Of a DNA stretch of 64,000 nucleotides, positions 42,664-56,535 are shown piece after piece; within the stretch, counting starts at the first letter, position 1, and every line of letters begins with the position of its first letter. The notes beneath the pieces are model-generated. The model was not told where the DNA came from, ran no database searches, and was given only the letters and a program-made list of their open reading frames with translations. Location of the stretch: positions 103,726,001 through 103,790,000 of the forward strand of contig OX597823.1 of NCBI GenBank assembly GCA_951406725.2. The letters are read 5' to 3'. A program made the position numbers and the translations under genes. The DNA comes from Octopus vulgaris (Eukaryota).

Positions 42664-42842
42664 ACAAATAAGAAGAATGGTGTGAGACGACGTCCCATCC
42701 ACTCATCTTGTCATAAATTTCTACGGATACTTGTGGATTTTTAAACATTTGTTCGGTAGAACACGATCTCCTGCTTCCAACTTTGTCTAACCACTAAGAT
42801 ATATATATATATAAAATTATATATAATCCCAAAAGTAACTGA

Positions 42843-43478
42843 TGGGTGTCAAGTTTTAAAAACTTCCATCACTTTACAAATAAATGCATGAAAGTTTGAT
42901 ATAATATAAAGGACATAATGGCAACTAATATGCACAAGTCAAATTTTGCAACACCACTGCATCACATATGAAAAATAACATCGCTTAAATGGCAGCCAAT
43001 TTCGGCTTCGCACGCCCATACTCTTTCCAAAACTTGCACCATAATTAGACCTCAGACATAGTTCCAGCAAGATGGGGAAACTGCTCATATCGCAAGAGAA
43101 ACAATGCAATTGCTACGGCAGTGCTTTGAAGAGAGAATAATCACCTGCTACGGCAATGTCAACTGGCCTTCACGTTCCCCAGATTTGACTAGCCTGGATT
43201 TTTCTTGGGGGGATACCTGAAAGAGAGTTTATGTCAACAAACCGGAGACCCTTGTGCAACTGAAGGAGAACATCAATAGAGAAATCAGTGAAGTGGGGGT
43301 CTTGAATTCTTGAGGTGCAAGTTTTGGAAAGAGCATGAGTGTGCTAGGCTGAAAATGGTTGACATTTAAGCGATGTCACTTTTCATATATGATGCAGTGG
43401 TGTTCCAAAATTTGACTTGTGCATATTAATTTCCATTGTGTCCTTTATGTTGTATCAAAAATTTCATGCATTTATTAT
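42843..43478 (+). mobile_element. Tc1/mariner deletion derivative, DD41D spacing (rosa-type), with ~120-bp inverted repeats
   Basis: FQQDGETAH...NWPSRSPDLTSLD at 43062-43199 with 41 residues between the 2nd and 3rd Asp; IR ~42879-42999 vs ~43356-43476. Confidence 0.82.
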
Positions 43479-43675
43479 TTCATGCATATATATCATATAT
43501 TATTCTGCTGAAAATATTCGACGTTAAATACACTATTCATTTAAAATTTTACATTTATACATAACCTGTACCAAGCTTTACAAGTTTCTCTTAAAAGCCT
43601 TTTTTTTGATTTTATATAATCAACTATTTTCGATACTATAGCATTTTCCAAGTATCGAAGTCTGCCTACTGCTCC

Positions 43676-43732
<57 letters not shown>

Positions 43733-43829
43733 AGTTCAGCAAAATTTATATTCAGATGAATATGGTACTTAAGTCAAATGCACCAGAATTTTGTATGGTG
43801 TTATCCATATAAATCCATTGGGTGATTAT

Positions 43830-44346
43830 AATCAAAATAAGCAGCAAGTATATCCGAGCTAATGTGGTGCGATCGTTTCATGCTACTTCATTTTATTAAA
43901 CATTTTAAGTATTACATCAGTTTTAAAATGTCAAGCAATAAACCAATATAGGAATAGGTTTATTGGTTTTGACATTCGTTTCTACTCCTTCCTATATCTA
44001 TAAATCGAAAAATTCTTTGTCTCCATTCAACCAAAAATAGAATCCCTCTTCCCACTAACAGATCTAAATAACAAAGGGAAAAATCTACAGTCAGAGAGTA
44101 AATTTAATACTGTCGTGTTCTTAAGAATGAAATCAACTCTCTGTCTGTATATGTACCCTCTTTATAATGTTGGCAAACGAAATAGAGATAAGAATGTGCA
44201 TTGTCCGTTTGATTGGAAAATTTCTATAACTGGCTGAAGATTGCTCGACATTTTAAATCTGATGTAATACTTACAGTGTTTAATAAAATGAAGTAGCATG
44301 AAACGATCATACCACATTACCTCGGATATACTTGTTGCTTATTTTG

Positions 44347-44349
<3 letters not shown>
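43830..44349. repeat. ~110-bp inverted repeat cassette carrying a hammerhead remnant
   Basis: 43830-43939 vs 44240-44349, flanked by (TA)n runs. Confidence 0.85.
44231..44314 (+). ncRNA. Degenerate hammerhead motif (stem III G-to-A change)
   Basis: UGG-CUGAAGA-UUGCU...AGCAU-GAAAC-GAUC-AUA-CCA; the inverted partial copy at ~43870 has G at the changed position. Confidence 0.5.
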
Positions 44350-44386
<37 letters not shown>

Positions 44387-44602
44387 CTTTGGTAAATATG
44401 TTGGAAAGTTTAACCATTAAATAAGCACTTCGTTTGTAGTATAAGCCTGACATCAGATAGATATATCTTGCAACTGCTGTGTTTAGCTGTTTTATACTTA
44501 AAACAGCGGTTCAGTTTCTAAGAGACTATCTACTTTATATGCCTGAAAGTATATTAATGTTTATAAACTGTATTTATGTAACATTGTAAATTATTTTATT
44601 AG

Positions 44603-44966
44603 GGGCCCATAGGCGCACCAGGTAAAAGAGGAAAGAAAGGTGAAAGAGGAAAACATGGAAGTAAAGGTGACAAAGGTGAAATAGGTCCACCAGGTGTTCT
44701 AAGAATGGGCCCAAAGGGTGAACCCGGTTTAGAAGGTCCTGCAGGAGAAAGTGCTGAAAAGGGCGAGAAAGGAATAAAGGGAGAAGTTGGAGAAGGATAT
44801 CCTGGAGAACCAGGTGTACCTGGAAAGCCTGGTACCGTAGGATTAAAAGGAGAAACTGGAATGAAAGGAGAAATTGGGCTTCCAGGGCCTCCTGGGAGCG
44901 TAATCACCTCCAACGGCACTGTTCAGGCTGTTAAAGGAGAGAAAGGAGAAATTGGAGAATGCACTG
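44603..44966 (+). CDS. Collagen exon 13: GPIGAPGKRGKKGERGKHGSKGDK...SNGTVQAVKGEKGEIGECT
   Basis: ttattag| ... ACTG|gtaagt, 364 nt, phase 0-1; overlaps ORF 44705..44974. Confidence 0.95.
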
Positions 44967-45469
44967 GTAAGTGACATCATTTTGCATATTTAAAATTAAG
45001 CTACCAATAAAATTCAAATATCGGTGTTTGAATAAAAAACATATTGTAAATGTGATCTACAATGTGAAAATGCGTAACCAAGTGGCTAATGTGCTGGGAT
45101 CGCAATTCACAAGGCTGTGGGTTTGATTCTAGGACGCGGTGCGTTGTGTCCTTGAGAAAGGAAATTTTCATTTCACGTTGCTCCGGTGTACACAGCTGAA
45201 AACGATTACCAGTCGAAAGCCTGGTGTAACTCTTTCTTCTTTACTGGCTCAATATTATGAGGGCTGGGAAGGTGACTATGTTTCCTGATGACTATATCGT
45301 CATCTAACAAACAAGTAGAGTAAGTATCGTGCACGCTATCAAATCATGCTTGCGAGTGACAGCTATCTTTTATTTTAAAAATATGATACTACTTTTGTAC
45401 AGTTAAATAAAGTTTAATAATTTAGAATGAGTATCTTAACAAACACGATAAATAAATTTCAAAACACGA

Positions 45470-45505
<36 letters not shown>

Positions 45506-45536
45506 TTTATTGAAAAGCAGCAAAAAATCACAAAAT

Positions 45537-45574
45537 CTGTTACTCAGAGTTTCACGTTCCCGCTTGTCGGACAG
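45537..45574 (-). ncRNA. Degenerate minimal hammerhead motif (CCGACAA core)
   Basis: Minus strand CUGU-CCGACAA-GCG-GGAA-CGU-GAAAC-UCUGA-GUA-ACAG. Confidence 0.5.
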
Positions 45575-46059
45575 TTTTGTTTAGAATGGAATAGAAAACA
45601 AGATTAAAATCAAACCTATACAGTAAGTTGATGGATACACATTTGAAAATGGTTTTGTTTCATTAATCCTTTCAACTAACGGTCTTTACAATGACCGGTA
45701 GCATGCAATGAACAAATATCAGTATAAAATCATCTTTTTATAAAATGGAAAAAATCCTTAAATCAAAGAGACTAGACTTATTTCTAAAATATAAAATATA
45801 AGATACAAATAAATAAATTAATTAAAAGTTATATACGTTTAAAAATTAAAAGTTTTCACGTTGGATTACATATATATTTAGCCGCATATGCACATACTAA
45901 ACCATCTAAAATGTACATATATACACTAAAACCTACAGACGTATGTACATAGCTATATACAAATATACAAAAATATGTACGCAAATACATGCTCATATAA
46001 ATAAATGTATACTTACATATACATACGCATCTATATACGCATGCATATATATATACGCA

Positions 46060-46094
<35 letters not shown>

Positions 46095-46931
46095 CGGGAA
46101 GGTTTACGAAAATAAACAAAAGACGATATGGTCATCAGGAAACATAGTCACCTTTTGTTTATATATACATATACACATACATACACGTATGCTTACACAT
46201 ACACACACGCACATGTATACATACATATACATGCCTACAATACATATATACACGCAAATATAAATATATAGAGACATATCTACATCATAACGCATATATG
46301 CAAACAATTTTTAAAAAACTGCCCGTTGTGTATAACATAAAAATATAAATAATAAAAAATATATAAATTAATGAAATTGTACATTAATTTGATGTAACAT
46401 AATTAAATAGGTAGGTAAAAACAAATTAAAATAAAAATGAACCTCGGCGAAGTTTAAGCTTAAAATTAAATATATAAAACAATCGAAGGCTTGCTTATAG
46501 ATTAAGTGGAAATATATACATCATCGTTGCGATGCAAAATAACCAAACACTGTTACTTGTTTAACTGATGTGAAGTGGAGGAAACTCTCGGTCCTTGAGT
46601 CACTTTTATAAGTTTAACAGATTAAAAATAATACATACACACGCACTCACTTATATAAACACACAGAAATACACATACACGCGCGCATATGCAAACACAC
46701 ACATACACACGCGTACAAGGTGAAACTTATGATCCCAGTCAACCGTAATATGGTTAATAAACATTTGATCCTATAAAAATAGTACTCTTCTGTTAATAAG
46801 TATTATTACTTAACAACTCTAATTGTTACAAACATTAAAAAACGAATACATTTACATACACTTCTAAGCACACATACATTCACACACGCATCACATATGC
46901 ATACACACATACAATATATGTGTGTGTGTGA

Positions 46932-46980
<49 letters not shown>

Positions 46981-46990
46981 TGTATATATT

Positions 46991-47371
46991 AGGGACGTGC
47001 CGCCTAGGTAGGCAGTGCTTATTTTGAAAAAAAAAAAACCAGATCGATAGCAACATTTTCCTTTTATTGCAAAATATGCACCTAATTCAATAAAACCATG
47101 AAGGTTCCTCTGATTACTACGCATAAAATGCAAAATATTTTATTTTTTTGTAGATTAGGTAGGCATAATTCGCCCTGCCTTTCAATCTCAGTATTTAAGC
47201 TACGCATAGTACTGCTGTAGTACATGTGCTGCGTACACTCCTACAAAACCGGTTTCTTTACGTACTATAAAGGCAGAAGTATATCTGCCTTCAAGTAGCG
47301 CTTATTTTTTTGTGTTTTACTACATAAATATCGCCAACTGCCTACCCAGAGTAATTACTGACGGTACGTGC

Positions 47372-47373
<2 letters not shown>
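46991..47373. mobile_element. Possible MITE with short imperfect TIRs
   Basis: agggacgtgccg..ggtaggcagt vs actgcctacc..cggtacgtgcct; no ORF; TA-rich flanks. Confidence 0.45.
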
Positions 47374-47435
<62 letters not shown>

Positions 47436-47699
47436 TGAGGCAGCTAGTTAGCAGAGTTTCACTAAAAAGGAAACCAAAAACGTCATTAAATATGACTGAG
47501 GGTGTTAGAACAACTACACTGCTAGAAATTAGACCTAAATGACTCTGTTACTGCTGTCAATGCATATATAATTGTATACATACATGGGGGAAACGATCGT
47601 AGATCGCAGATACATACATGCCGACAGCGGCCGGAAACTTGCGAATATATGAATGTATTTATTTGTGTGTTTGTATAGTTTTAACGTGTGTGATTAGTA

Positions 47700-48010
47700 A
47701 GAGGAAATGCTTGTGTCAGCCATCAAAGAAGTCACAGGAATCAACCCCTTGGAAATTGTAGCAGGCTATTGTCCATCACAGAGCATGCGGAACGGCGTGC
47801 CGTTCCGCAGGAAGATTAAAGAGACATGTCAAAGACTTCACGCTGTGGCACATGTTCCTTCTGCTAGCCAACATAACTGTTCATTATGCAATAAAATGTG
47901 CAAATCTTTGGTAGGGTTCAAGTGTCATATAAGGGCCTCACATTGCATTATCATTGATTCATTTCAATGGTTCTTTTTAGGAATGGCTTTGCTCGTATAC
48001 GAGAAAGCAC

Positions 48011-48012
<2 letters not shown>
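47700..48012 (+). mobile_element. RTE-like LINE 3' fragment with C2H2-like tail
   Basis: HNCSLCNKMCKSLVGFKCHIRASH in ORF 47707..48153. Confidence 0.55.
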
Positions 48013-48060
<48 letters not shown>

Positions 48061-48077
48061 ATATTTTGGACACACAC

Positions 48078-48113
<36 letters not shown>

Positions 48114-48262
48114 AATATTTTGGACTAATAGGTATAGTCGATTAGTGCGTTGAAGTGTTGAGTAGAGCACTGGTATGGTTTGGGCTACATGGTGTCGTCC
48201 GTAGTTGGTGTATAATTCCGTTTGATCTACTGCAGGAAAACTGCAGTGTTAAGTAACGAGAT

Positions 48263-48559
48263 GGATTTGGTATTAATCTTTACTTTGTACAACGGTCGTT
48301 TCGACCCATCCTACTACTTTCCCTTATGGGTGGGACTCCTTTCAATATGTGTTGCATCCATTTTGCAGTTTGGGTCACATCAGGTACATTAATATATATA
48401 AAGTGGTGTCTCGCTGAAGATCCGTCGAGACACCACTTTATGTATGGATGTGCCTGATGTAACCAAGACTGCAAAATGGATGCAACACATGTTGAACATA
48501 ATCTCACCCAGGATGGATCGAAATGATCGTTGTACAAAATAACGATTAATACCGAATCC
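48263..48559. repeat. ~150-bp-arm diverged fold-back carrying two hammerhead-like copies
   Basis: Arms meet at ...aaagtggtgtctcg-ctgaagatccgt-cgagacaccacttt... Confidence 0.85.
48287..48387 (-). ncRNA. Hammerhead-like motif, CUGAUGU variant; a more decayed inverted copy lies on + at 48450-48535
   Basis: Minus strand GUAC-CUGAUGU-GACCC...GGGUC-GAAAC-GACC-GUU-GUAC. Confidence 0.55.
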
Positions 48560-48585
48560 TTCTTCTGGTTATTTATTCAGTTATC

Positions 48586-48619
<34 letters not shown>

Positions 48620-48635
<16 letters not shown>

Positions 48636-49090
48636 TAAGTATTTTTTAGAGACCACCCTCAACTCAATCAACATTGGAATATATTATACTCAAGTGAGCC
48701 ATCAAATATTAAATATTATACTTACTATATCTATTCAGAGTCCCATACTTTCCATTTTAAATACAACACGTGTTGCATGACAGTATGTCGGTATTTTTTG
48801 AGATATGAGGTCTCCAGTTTCAATACTCAATTCGATCGACGTCCTCCCAATCTTCAGGTCTGGATTCTACACATTTATTACACTATCTACATTCTATAAA
48901 ACTCTATAATGATTGAAATTATTTGACTAAAAATCGTTAACATAATTTTCCATTTCAACCTATTTATAACATTCTTTATATTATTTATTAGTTTAAACAT
49001 AAATTCTTTTTTCGGTGGTATTGGTACGTCCTTCAGTGATGAATTCCATTCAAGGGGTTCTATCTTTCCTGTGTTCGCCATCACCAACTT
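48620..49090 (-). mobile_element. Penelope-like element N-terminal fragment
   Basis: ORF 48887..49087 SLKDVPIP..KEFMFKLI..IKNVINRLKWK resembles the S.KNIPIP...LI....RMRWK start seen in PLE ORFs (from memory, not searched). Confidence 0.5.
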
Positions 49091-49417
49091 AATTGCGAGT
49101 TCGAAACTAACAATTAACTTTAGTTATTATATATATATTTACGCACACATGCACGCGCACAAAATAACAGAATCGTTAGGAAGCTAGGGAAAGTGCTTAA
49201 GAGTATTTCGTTCGTCTTCATTTTTTGAGTTCAAATTCTATTGCGGTTGAGTTTGCCCTTCACCTTTTCGGGTTCGATAAAATAATTACTAGTTAAGCAC
49301 TGGTATCGATGTAATCGACCTATCCCCTTCCCCCAGATTGCTGCCCTTATGTCCCAAATTTGAAACCAATATGAACTCACTGAATATATTTTGCGTTTTG
49401 TTTTTGACTCATTGTAG

Positions 49418-49597
49418 GGGGACCGATAAACATTACCTCCATCCCTCCTGGACCTCCAGGTGTTCCAGGTCTTGCCGGCCTGAAAGGTGAACGTGGACAA
49501 AAAGGTGAAGCCGGATCCTCTCTATTGTCCGGAAACCGTACTATAAAGGGCGAGAAAGGAGAACCAGGAGTCATTTACGCTGGTAATGGCACTGCAG
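49418..49597 (+). CDS. Collagen exon 14: GGPINITSIPPGPPG...GNRTIKGEKGEPGVIYAGNGTA
   Basis: ttgtag| ... GCAG|gttagt, 180 nt, phase 1-1. Confidence 0.93.
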
Positions 49598-51834
49598 GTT
49601 AGTAAATTCTCATAATTTTATTTTTGCATTCTTACACACATATATATTCTCTTTTTCTCCTTAAATTCTCGTCTCTCTTCCCCTCATCCTCTCTCTCTCT
49701 CTTTCCTTCTCTCTTCTGCTATCTTTCTTTCTTTTCACTCGCTTTTGTCTATCTATTGCTCTCAGTCACTGTCTCTGTTATCTTTCTTTCTTTTCACTCG
49801 CTTTTGTCTATCTATTGCTCTCAGTCACTGTCTCTGTGTCTCTAAGTAGTCTATCTCATTTGTTTTTCTCTGGCTGTTAATCTTTCGCTCTCTTTTATTA
49901 AATATTAGCCTAAAAGCGGCTTTCCGTACGGTTAGCTCCTGCGGTGGGTTAATTGGCCGGCGGCCCAAAGCTAATGAGAGCAATAATAATAATAAATCCT
50001 TTACTGCTACCCTACCGATATAGTATTATCCTACCAGTATGGCATTACTTTAAATTCAATTTAAATGAAAAACTTGTAAGTTCACAAATTTTTGGAGTTC
50101 TTTTAAATTTTTATTTTCAACTGTTAGCATATAAGAAACCCTCATCCAGACTTGATCCTCGTGTTGGATGTTCAAGAACCAAATGAAGGGCAGATTTTCA
50201 ATCCCAGGATCATTCTGATTCCAAAAAGGTGTAATATGTCTACATAGAGTAAATGTAGACTGAGATACTGAGTCCCGGAGGACGAACACACAGAATTTCG
50301 TGTTTATTATTATAGATTTACCTATGTGTATATCTGCTTCTCTTTCCCCCCTTCTGCTTGTCTTCCTCAGTAAAACGCTCTCAGTCTTGCCCAATAGCCC
50401 TCTTCCAAGTTATATTCGCATCATTTTTCATTTCATTTCCTCTAGTTTCAGCTCACGAGCTGTGGCCATGCTGGGGCATTGCCAACATAGTACGTTGTTC
50501 TCTTTCATTCCCTTTCAGTCTCTTTCCTTTCACGCTTTTTTACATCCCTTAATCTGTTCGTTTACTCTTTTGCTCTTTTGCTCGCTTCAGTCATTGATCT
50601 GTGGTCAGGCTGCTGCATTGCCTTTAAGAGTTCACCTCAGCAAATCGACCCGAATACTTCTTTTTTTTGCTGAATTGCTGTTAGACAGACGCAAACAAAA
50701 ATATACTCACACACACACACACAAACATGCGCGTGCGCACATACATACTCACTCGCTCACGGCGAAAGTTGCAATAATTTGGCGACAACCCAGAGCTTCT
50801 GCACTGCATCATGTAAATCTGAATGGGTGCAAAACAGGCTCAAGGATCCCGACAAAGATGAAGCTAGAGCAATATCAAAAAGATCGCAATGTGTGTATGA
50901 GTAACTTCTTTTTCTACCCCTACTTTTCGCTTATTCTTTTGGCTCGTCTTTCCCTTTCTCTCCCTCATCTTTGTTTCCTCTTAGCGGTCCCTTACCCGCA
51001 CTTCCATCGTTGGTTATCATTATCCCCCTCTCTCTTTCTCTCTCCCCCTCTCTCTCTCCCTCTCTTTCTCGCTCCCTCTCTCTCCCCTTCTCTCTCCCAT
51101 CCTCTTTCCCTCTTCTTCTCCCTCTCCCTCTCTCTCTTTCTCTCTCTCCCTACCACTCTCTCACTCTTATTTTGGCTCTCCTTCATTTGTGCTTTTTGTC
51201 TAATGTAGTGTACATTGCTTCAAAATTTACGACATTCACTGATTTTACAACGAGTGATTATATGACGTCATATATTTTACGACCTTAAATCTCTTTTGAA
51301 GGTAAGAGGCTTTCGGTGTCTCCCTCATGACAACAAGGCCATAATATCAATCATTTGAGCGGCCGATGCTTTATGTCGTCCTCGAGGAACGAGTTGTATT
51401 TTTTTACATGGTTCCAGTCTCTTCGGCTATAATGAATACCATTACAGCTCGTGCACTCACTTCCCCGGATGTCACATCCTGGATATTTCACCTGGGTTAA
51501 TGGTGAGAATACCGATAAAGTGTCTGCTAGTAACAACTTAGGCTCTTGAAACAATTAGCTAACGCAGAGTATTTGTTACCAAGCCATATTTGATCTGGTA
51601 TCATGGCTGGCTTTTTAGCTTTTTTACATTTTAAGTGTTTGCTGTTTAGCATGGCTGGTTCTGTCGTTTGTAAAACAAGTATTGCATTGTTCAAATGTGC
51701 TATTCTTTTATTAAGAGTAGATTGTTCATCTACGGTTGATTTAGCTGCTATTCCCTCCTTGTCAAGCGGTCTTCAAGATTTTTCTTCGTTGACCAGCATG
51801 AGGTACAAGGGATATATTCTTTTATTCGTCATTC

Positions 51835-52088
51835 TGTTACTTGTTTCAATCATTTGACTGCGGCCATACTGGAACACAACCTTGAAGGGTTTTTAGTCGA
51901 AGAAATCTACCCCAAAACTTATTCTTTGTAAGCCCAGTACTTATTCGATTGGACTCTTTTGGCGAACACCTAAGTTACGGGGACGTAAACACACCAACAT
52001 AGGTTGCCAAATGATGGTGGGGGGACAAATACAGACACAAAGACACACGCACACACACACACATGTATATATATATATATACATGCAT

Positions 52089-52133
<45 letters not shown>

Positions 52134-52308
52134 CATGATGGGCTTCTTTCAGTTTCTGTCTACCAAATCCACGAACCGGGCTTTGGTCGGCTCGAGGCTA
52201 TAGTATAAGACATGAAGACACCTGCTCAAGGTGCCATGCAATGGTACTGAACCCAGAACCATGTGGTTGGGAAGCAAGCTTCTTACCAAACAGCCACACC
52301 TGCACCTA
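51835..52308 (-). mobile_element. SINE family B (partial copies also at ~33390-33550, 34790-35140, 40060-40210)
   Basis: Reverse-complement match to 11315-11690 with internal (CA)n. Confidence 0.8.
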
Positions 52309-52962
52309 TTTATATATGATAAAGAAATATTTTATGACATATCATAGATTAACATAGAGGAAACTGGCTTAAGTTATTCGTCATATTTTATGACGTATGT
52401 TTAGGTTATAACATATGGGGTATTTGTTACATTGGTTGTAGCATGTCGCTGTGGGCTGTTGAAAGTTAAATGCAGTCGTGTGGACAAGACGTAGGACTGT
52501 TTGCTTAAAGATCCATCGGTCATGACCGACATACAATCTTTACGATTGCTGAATGCATTTACCTAAAAAGCTGGTACCCTACGGAGGTAAATATAACCGA
52601 TATTCTGAGTTAGAAAACTGAATTACAAAGAGTTTGCTAGGATCAGCTCAAATAGTACTGATTCGGTAATAGCTTGCTATAGAATGGGTCATATCAAACA
52701 GCTAGGTACACTCATTGATAGGGGGAAACAGTTAGACAGTGTTCCAAGTCACAGTGATTAATAGGGTTCGCCACCAGAGGTTCGACAATTACAATAAAGA
52801 GAGGTAATATTTATTCTCACTTAAACGAGAATGTTGTGTTATAACAAACTTTACTCTGTGTTCTAAGTTTATTCTAAGTTGATCATCTAAACAATATCCA
52901 CGTTTAAGTGGGAATAAATATTACCTCGCGATATATATACTGCCTCTTTTGCTAATATTCTA

Positions 52963-53971
52963 TCTTCTGTACTATAATGGAGAAATCTGCTTATTAATTA
53001 GGTAAGTAACAATTACTAAGAGTACTAAAAGAACGCAATATTAAAAGCTTGACCGCCTGGAAATATTTTCATAAGTTCATGTTCTAAGAAATTTCCTATA
53101 ATTTCGATTTCTGGAGTTTATTGAATTTTTTAAACTCCAAATTCTCGCAAATTTTAATACTCATTGCATTCACTGCGTCCAATTCTTCATAAATTTAAGT
53201 ATTCATTGCATTCACTTCGGAAAAGATTTTAATGTTTAATAATAAACAATGTTAATTCGTTGCAGGCAAAATTTTAAGTTTTTATTTCCAACAGTCCCGC
53301 ATTCTCACTCGCCTCTACTTTTATTTAGGATAATTAAATAATAGCTGTATAACTTTGAAATAAGTCACAATTTCAAGAATATTATCAGTTTCCAGAGTTT
53401 GTTAAATAAATATTTTTGATAAATTGAAAATTTATTGATATACCGGTATAATTTCTAAGTCATTTTGTGTTGAGTGAATGCGTGGTATTCTTCAAAATAG
53501 CTGTATAACTTTGATACGAGGCACAATTTCAAGAATATTATCATTTCGAGTTTGTTAATATTTTTAATGAAAATTATATACGTATAATTTCTAAGTCATT
53601 TTGTGTTGAGTGAATGCGTGGTATTCTTCAAAATAGCTGTATAACTTTGATACGAGGCACAATTTCAAGAATATTATCAATTTCCGGAGTTTGATAAATG
53701 AATATTTTTGATGAAATGAAAATTCTTTATTATACCGGTATAATTATGTTTTGAATGAAGAAGTGATTTTGTTTGTATGGCTGCTTGGAACGCTATAAGC
53801 CTTACAATAATAACTATGTGATCGCTGCTATTTCTAGCACGCTAAACAAGATAGCTTTTAACGAGCTTTCACTTATATGATTTTTTCATTTCATGTTTAT
53901 TTTCATTCAATGTTTGCGATGTTTTCTCTCTCCCCCACCTATCTCTCACACACACTATCTCTCTAATGTTA

Positions 53972-54018
<47 letters not shown>

Positions 54019-56075
54019 CAGGTTTGATTTCGTTATTACACAAATATCACATTTGAATTTTGTAATTCAACATGGGGCGTCCAAAAAATATGCGACTAGA
54101 AAAGAAAATTTAACAGCAAAGGCATAACGACAGAGAGAAAAATGAGACCAGGGCAAAGGAAACAGGAAACAGATACCTGAATATGCATGGAGGCGTAGAC
54201 ATGATTCTATTTCCGCTACACATGACCGACTGGTTAGGGTATCTCGAGAGGAGGATATTCCACTTCAAATTAATGGTGTCAGATCACAAATTGTTGATGC
54301 GACACTAAAGGAGATCTTTTCTTTCCGATCACGTGGAAGTAGTGGAGTTGACAACCAATCTAAGACTTCTTACAGATGGTCATTCAGATAAAAGAGTTTG
54401 CTAATTACCTTCTTGGTGTGGGAAATGGTAACATTTCTGTTGAACAAAGCCTAGGCGAATTCAAAATCAAGCTATTCAATGACCTTTGTGTAGAAAGTGG
54501 TACTCTTTTAAATCTATGAGATTTTATATATGCTGACCTAAAAAATAACTTCACAAATGCTGTGTGGCTTGCAAATAGAACCATCGTTACTCCAACAAAT
54601 GAAGCAGCACAATTTGTGAATTATTTTCAGTTGACCAGGATTCTTGGTAAGCTAAAATATACAAAAGCTCTGATACAGTTGATAATGAAACTCTGTACTC
54701 ACCAGGGTTTCCATCAGGCATTCTGAAGAAAAATTGCTGCATAATGCTTCTGAGAAATTTATATGCTACTAATGGATATTGCAATGGCACACGCTACATC
54801 AGTGTCATGATCATGTTATAGAGGTTGAGGTTGTTTCCGGTCCTTATGCATGATCAACTCTGCTAATCCCATGAATATTACATGTATCTCAAGAAATGGA
54901 ATTTCCATTCACATTCACACGCAAACGATTTCTTGTCAAGCCAGCTTTTGCTTTGACGTGCAACAAGGCACAAGAACAAGTTTTATCTAGAGTTCGAAAG
55001 AAGGCTAATGTAAATATATTGGCAGAGAGAAATGGAAACAGTATGATTACTGACAATTGTATCTACGAGGAGATACTACTTCAAAGCAAAATATGCTTTT
55101 TAACAAGTTTCAGTAAATAGAATTAACACACAAATTATATGTAAAGTAACATATATTTGTGAGGAATTAAATTGTTTTGGCATATTTCAACCCATGCCGG
55201 ATGAATGATATCATTATATTAGATCATTTTAAATTTGGGTATATTTAAAAAAGTAAGGAAACGCCATTCCTATGTGTTCTCACAGTACCAGACTTCATAA
55301 TAGCCATATTATAGATTTCTCCCTCCGGAAAATTCTTATAAATTCCTCTGTTAATATATATCAATGAAAAGCACTTTCGAAGCATCGGTTATTATTTACT
55401 ATCACAAATTTAAATATTTGTTGCCAAGCTTTACATTCACTACAGAGTAGGTCTAAGATTTGATAAACAATATTAATATGTTCAGGCAAGTTTTCGTTTT
55501 CGTTTGCAACACAGTCTCTCAAATTCTATCTCTCCCGCCTCTAATTGTTTCCATTAATAATAATCAACTTAATACATATTCATTGCAATTTTCTCATTTC
55601 AAGCTTTATTTCGTTATTTTAGATGAGGAAATCAAGTATTTTGTTGACTTAAATTCGCCGTGTAAATTCCCCCAGTTTATTGTTTTTACATACTGAAACT
55701 AAATTATGTTGGACAACCTATTACTGAAGCTTCGAACTCATGTGACCTATTTCTTTCCGTCTTTATCTAAGAGTTAATATGTGAATTAGTTGCTATGACT
55801 ATTTGATACGCTATAGGTATTAAAATATCTGTAGGTGATCGCTGCTATTCTTTGGCACATTAAACGAAGTTGGACTACCTTGATGTTTGTTTAAAAAGAG
55901 AGATTATGAAAGTGATAAAATAATGAAGGCAGTATTTACTAAGCAAGTGAGCACTATAATACAAGAAAATAACTATGCTTAAAATATCATAAAAATTATT
56001 AGAACTGGGAATCAAATGTGGAAATATTATTGAGTGGCTAGCAGAAAACCGCCCGGAGGGTAGTCTTTCTGCTAG
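52963..56075 (+). mobile_element. Helitron (internally deleted) with decayed PIF1-type helicase
   Basis: 5' A|TC(TTCTGTACTATAA), 3' GC hairpin then CTAG|T. Helicase remnants at ~54400-55090: WLANRTIVTPTN, IMLLRNLYATNGYCNGTRY, FPFTFTRKRFLVKPAFALTCNKAQ. Internal ~130-150-bp tandem repeats at ~53335-53745. Confidence 0.8.
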
Positions 56076-56535
56076 TATATTTCATTACTATAAATTTCAT
56101 CATCTTTCTTATTCTCTCTCTCACTCTTCGTCTTTTATTCTGTCTGTCTGTCTGTCTCATTCAGTCTCTCTCTCTCGCTCTCTCACTCTTTCTCTCTCTC
56201 TATCTCTCTCTCACACACACACACTCTTATTCTTCGTCGCTTATTCTGATTGTCTCAATTTTGTTGTGACGTTTGAATTTTATCAAACATATTGTGTATT
56301 TATACAAGTTTTGACGTTCACTAATATTATGGTAATGAATGGTTTTACGGCACTGAATAGTTTCATGCCATGTCATACTTTATAATATTTGCTTAGTGTA
56401 TAACATTTAATTGTTGTTCCAGTTTAGCTTTAGCGCATGCATGGTCCTCCATTTATAACATCGAAATATATTGTTTCAGTTCTTCTAAGCGTGCATTTTT
56501 AATTAACATCTTCCTATTTTCTCTTGATTTACTAG

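Noticed and set aside
44599-44919. Minus-strand Pro-rich ORFs (also 49377-49574, 56536-56829, 57645-58076)
   Set aside because: Antisense shadows of Gly-X-Y exons.
50300-51208. 302-aa ORF
   Set aside because: Low-complexity CT-rich and (CA)n-derived sequence with no recognisable domain.
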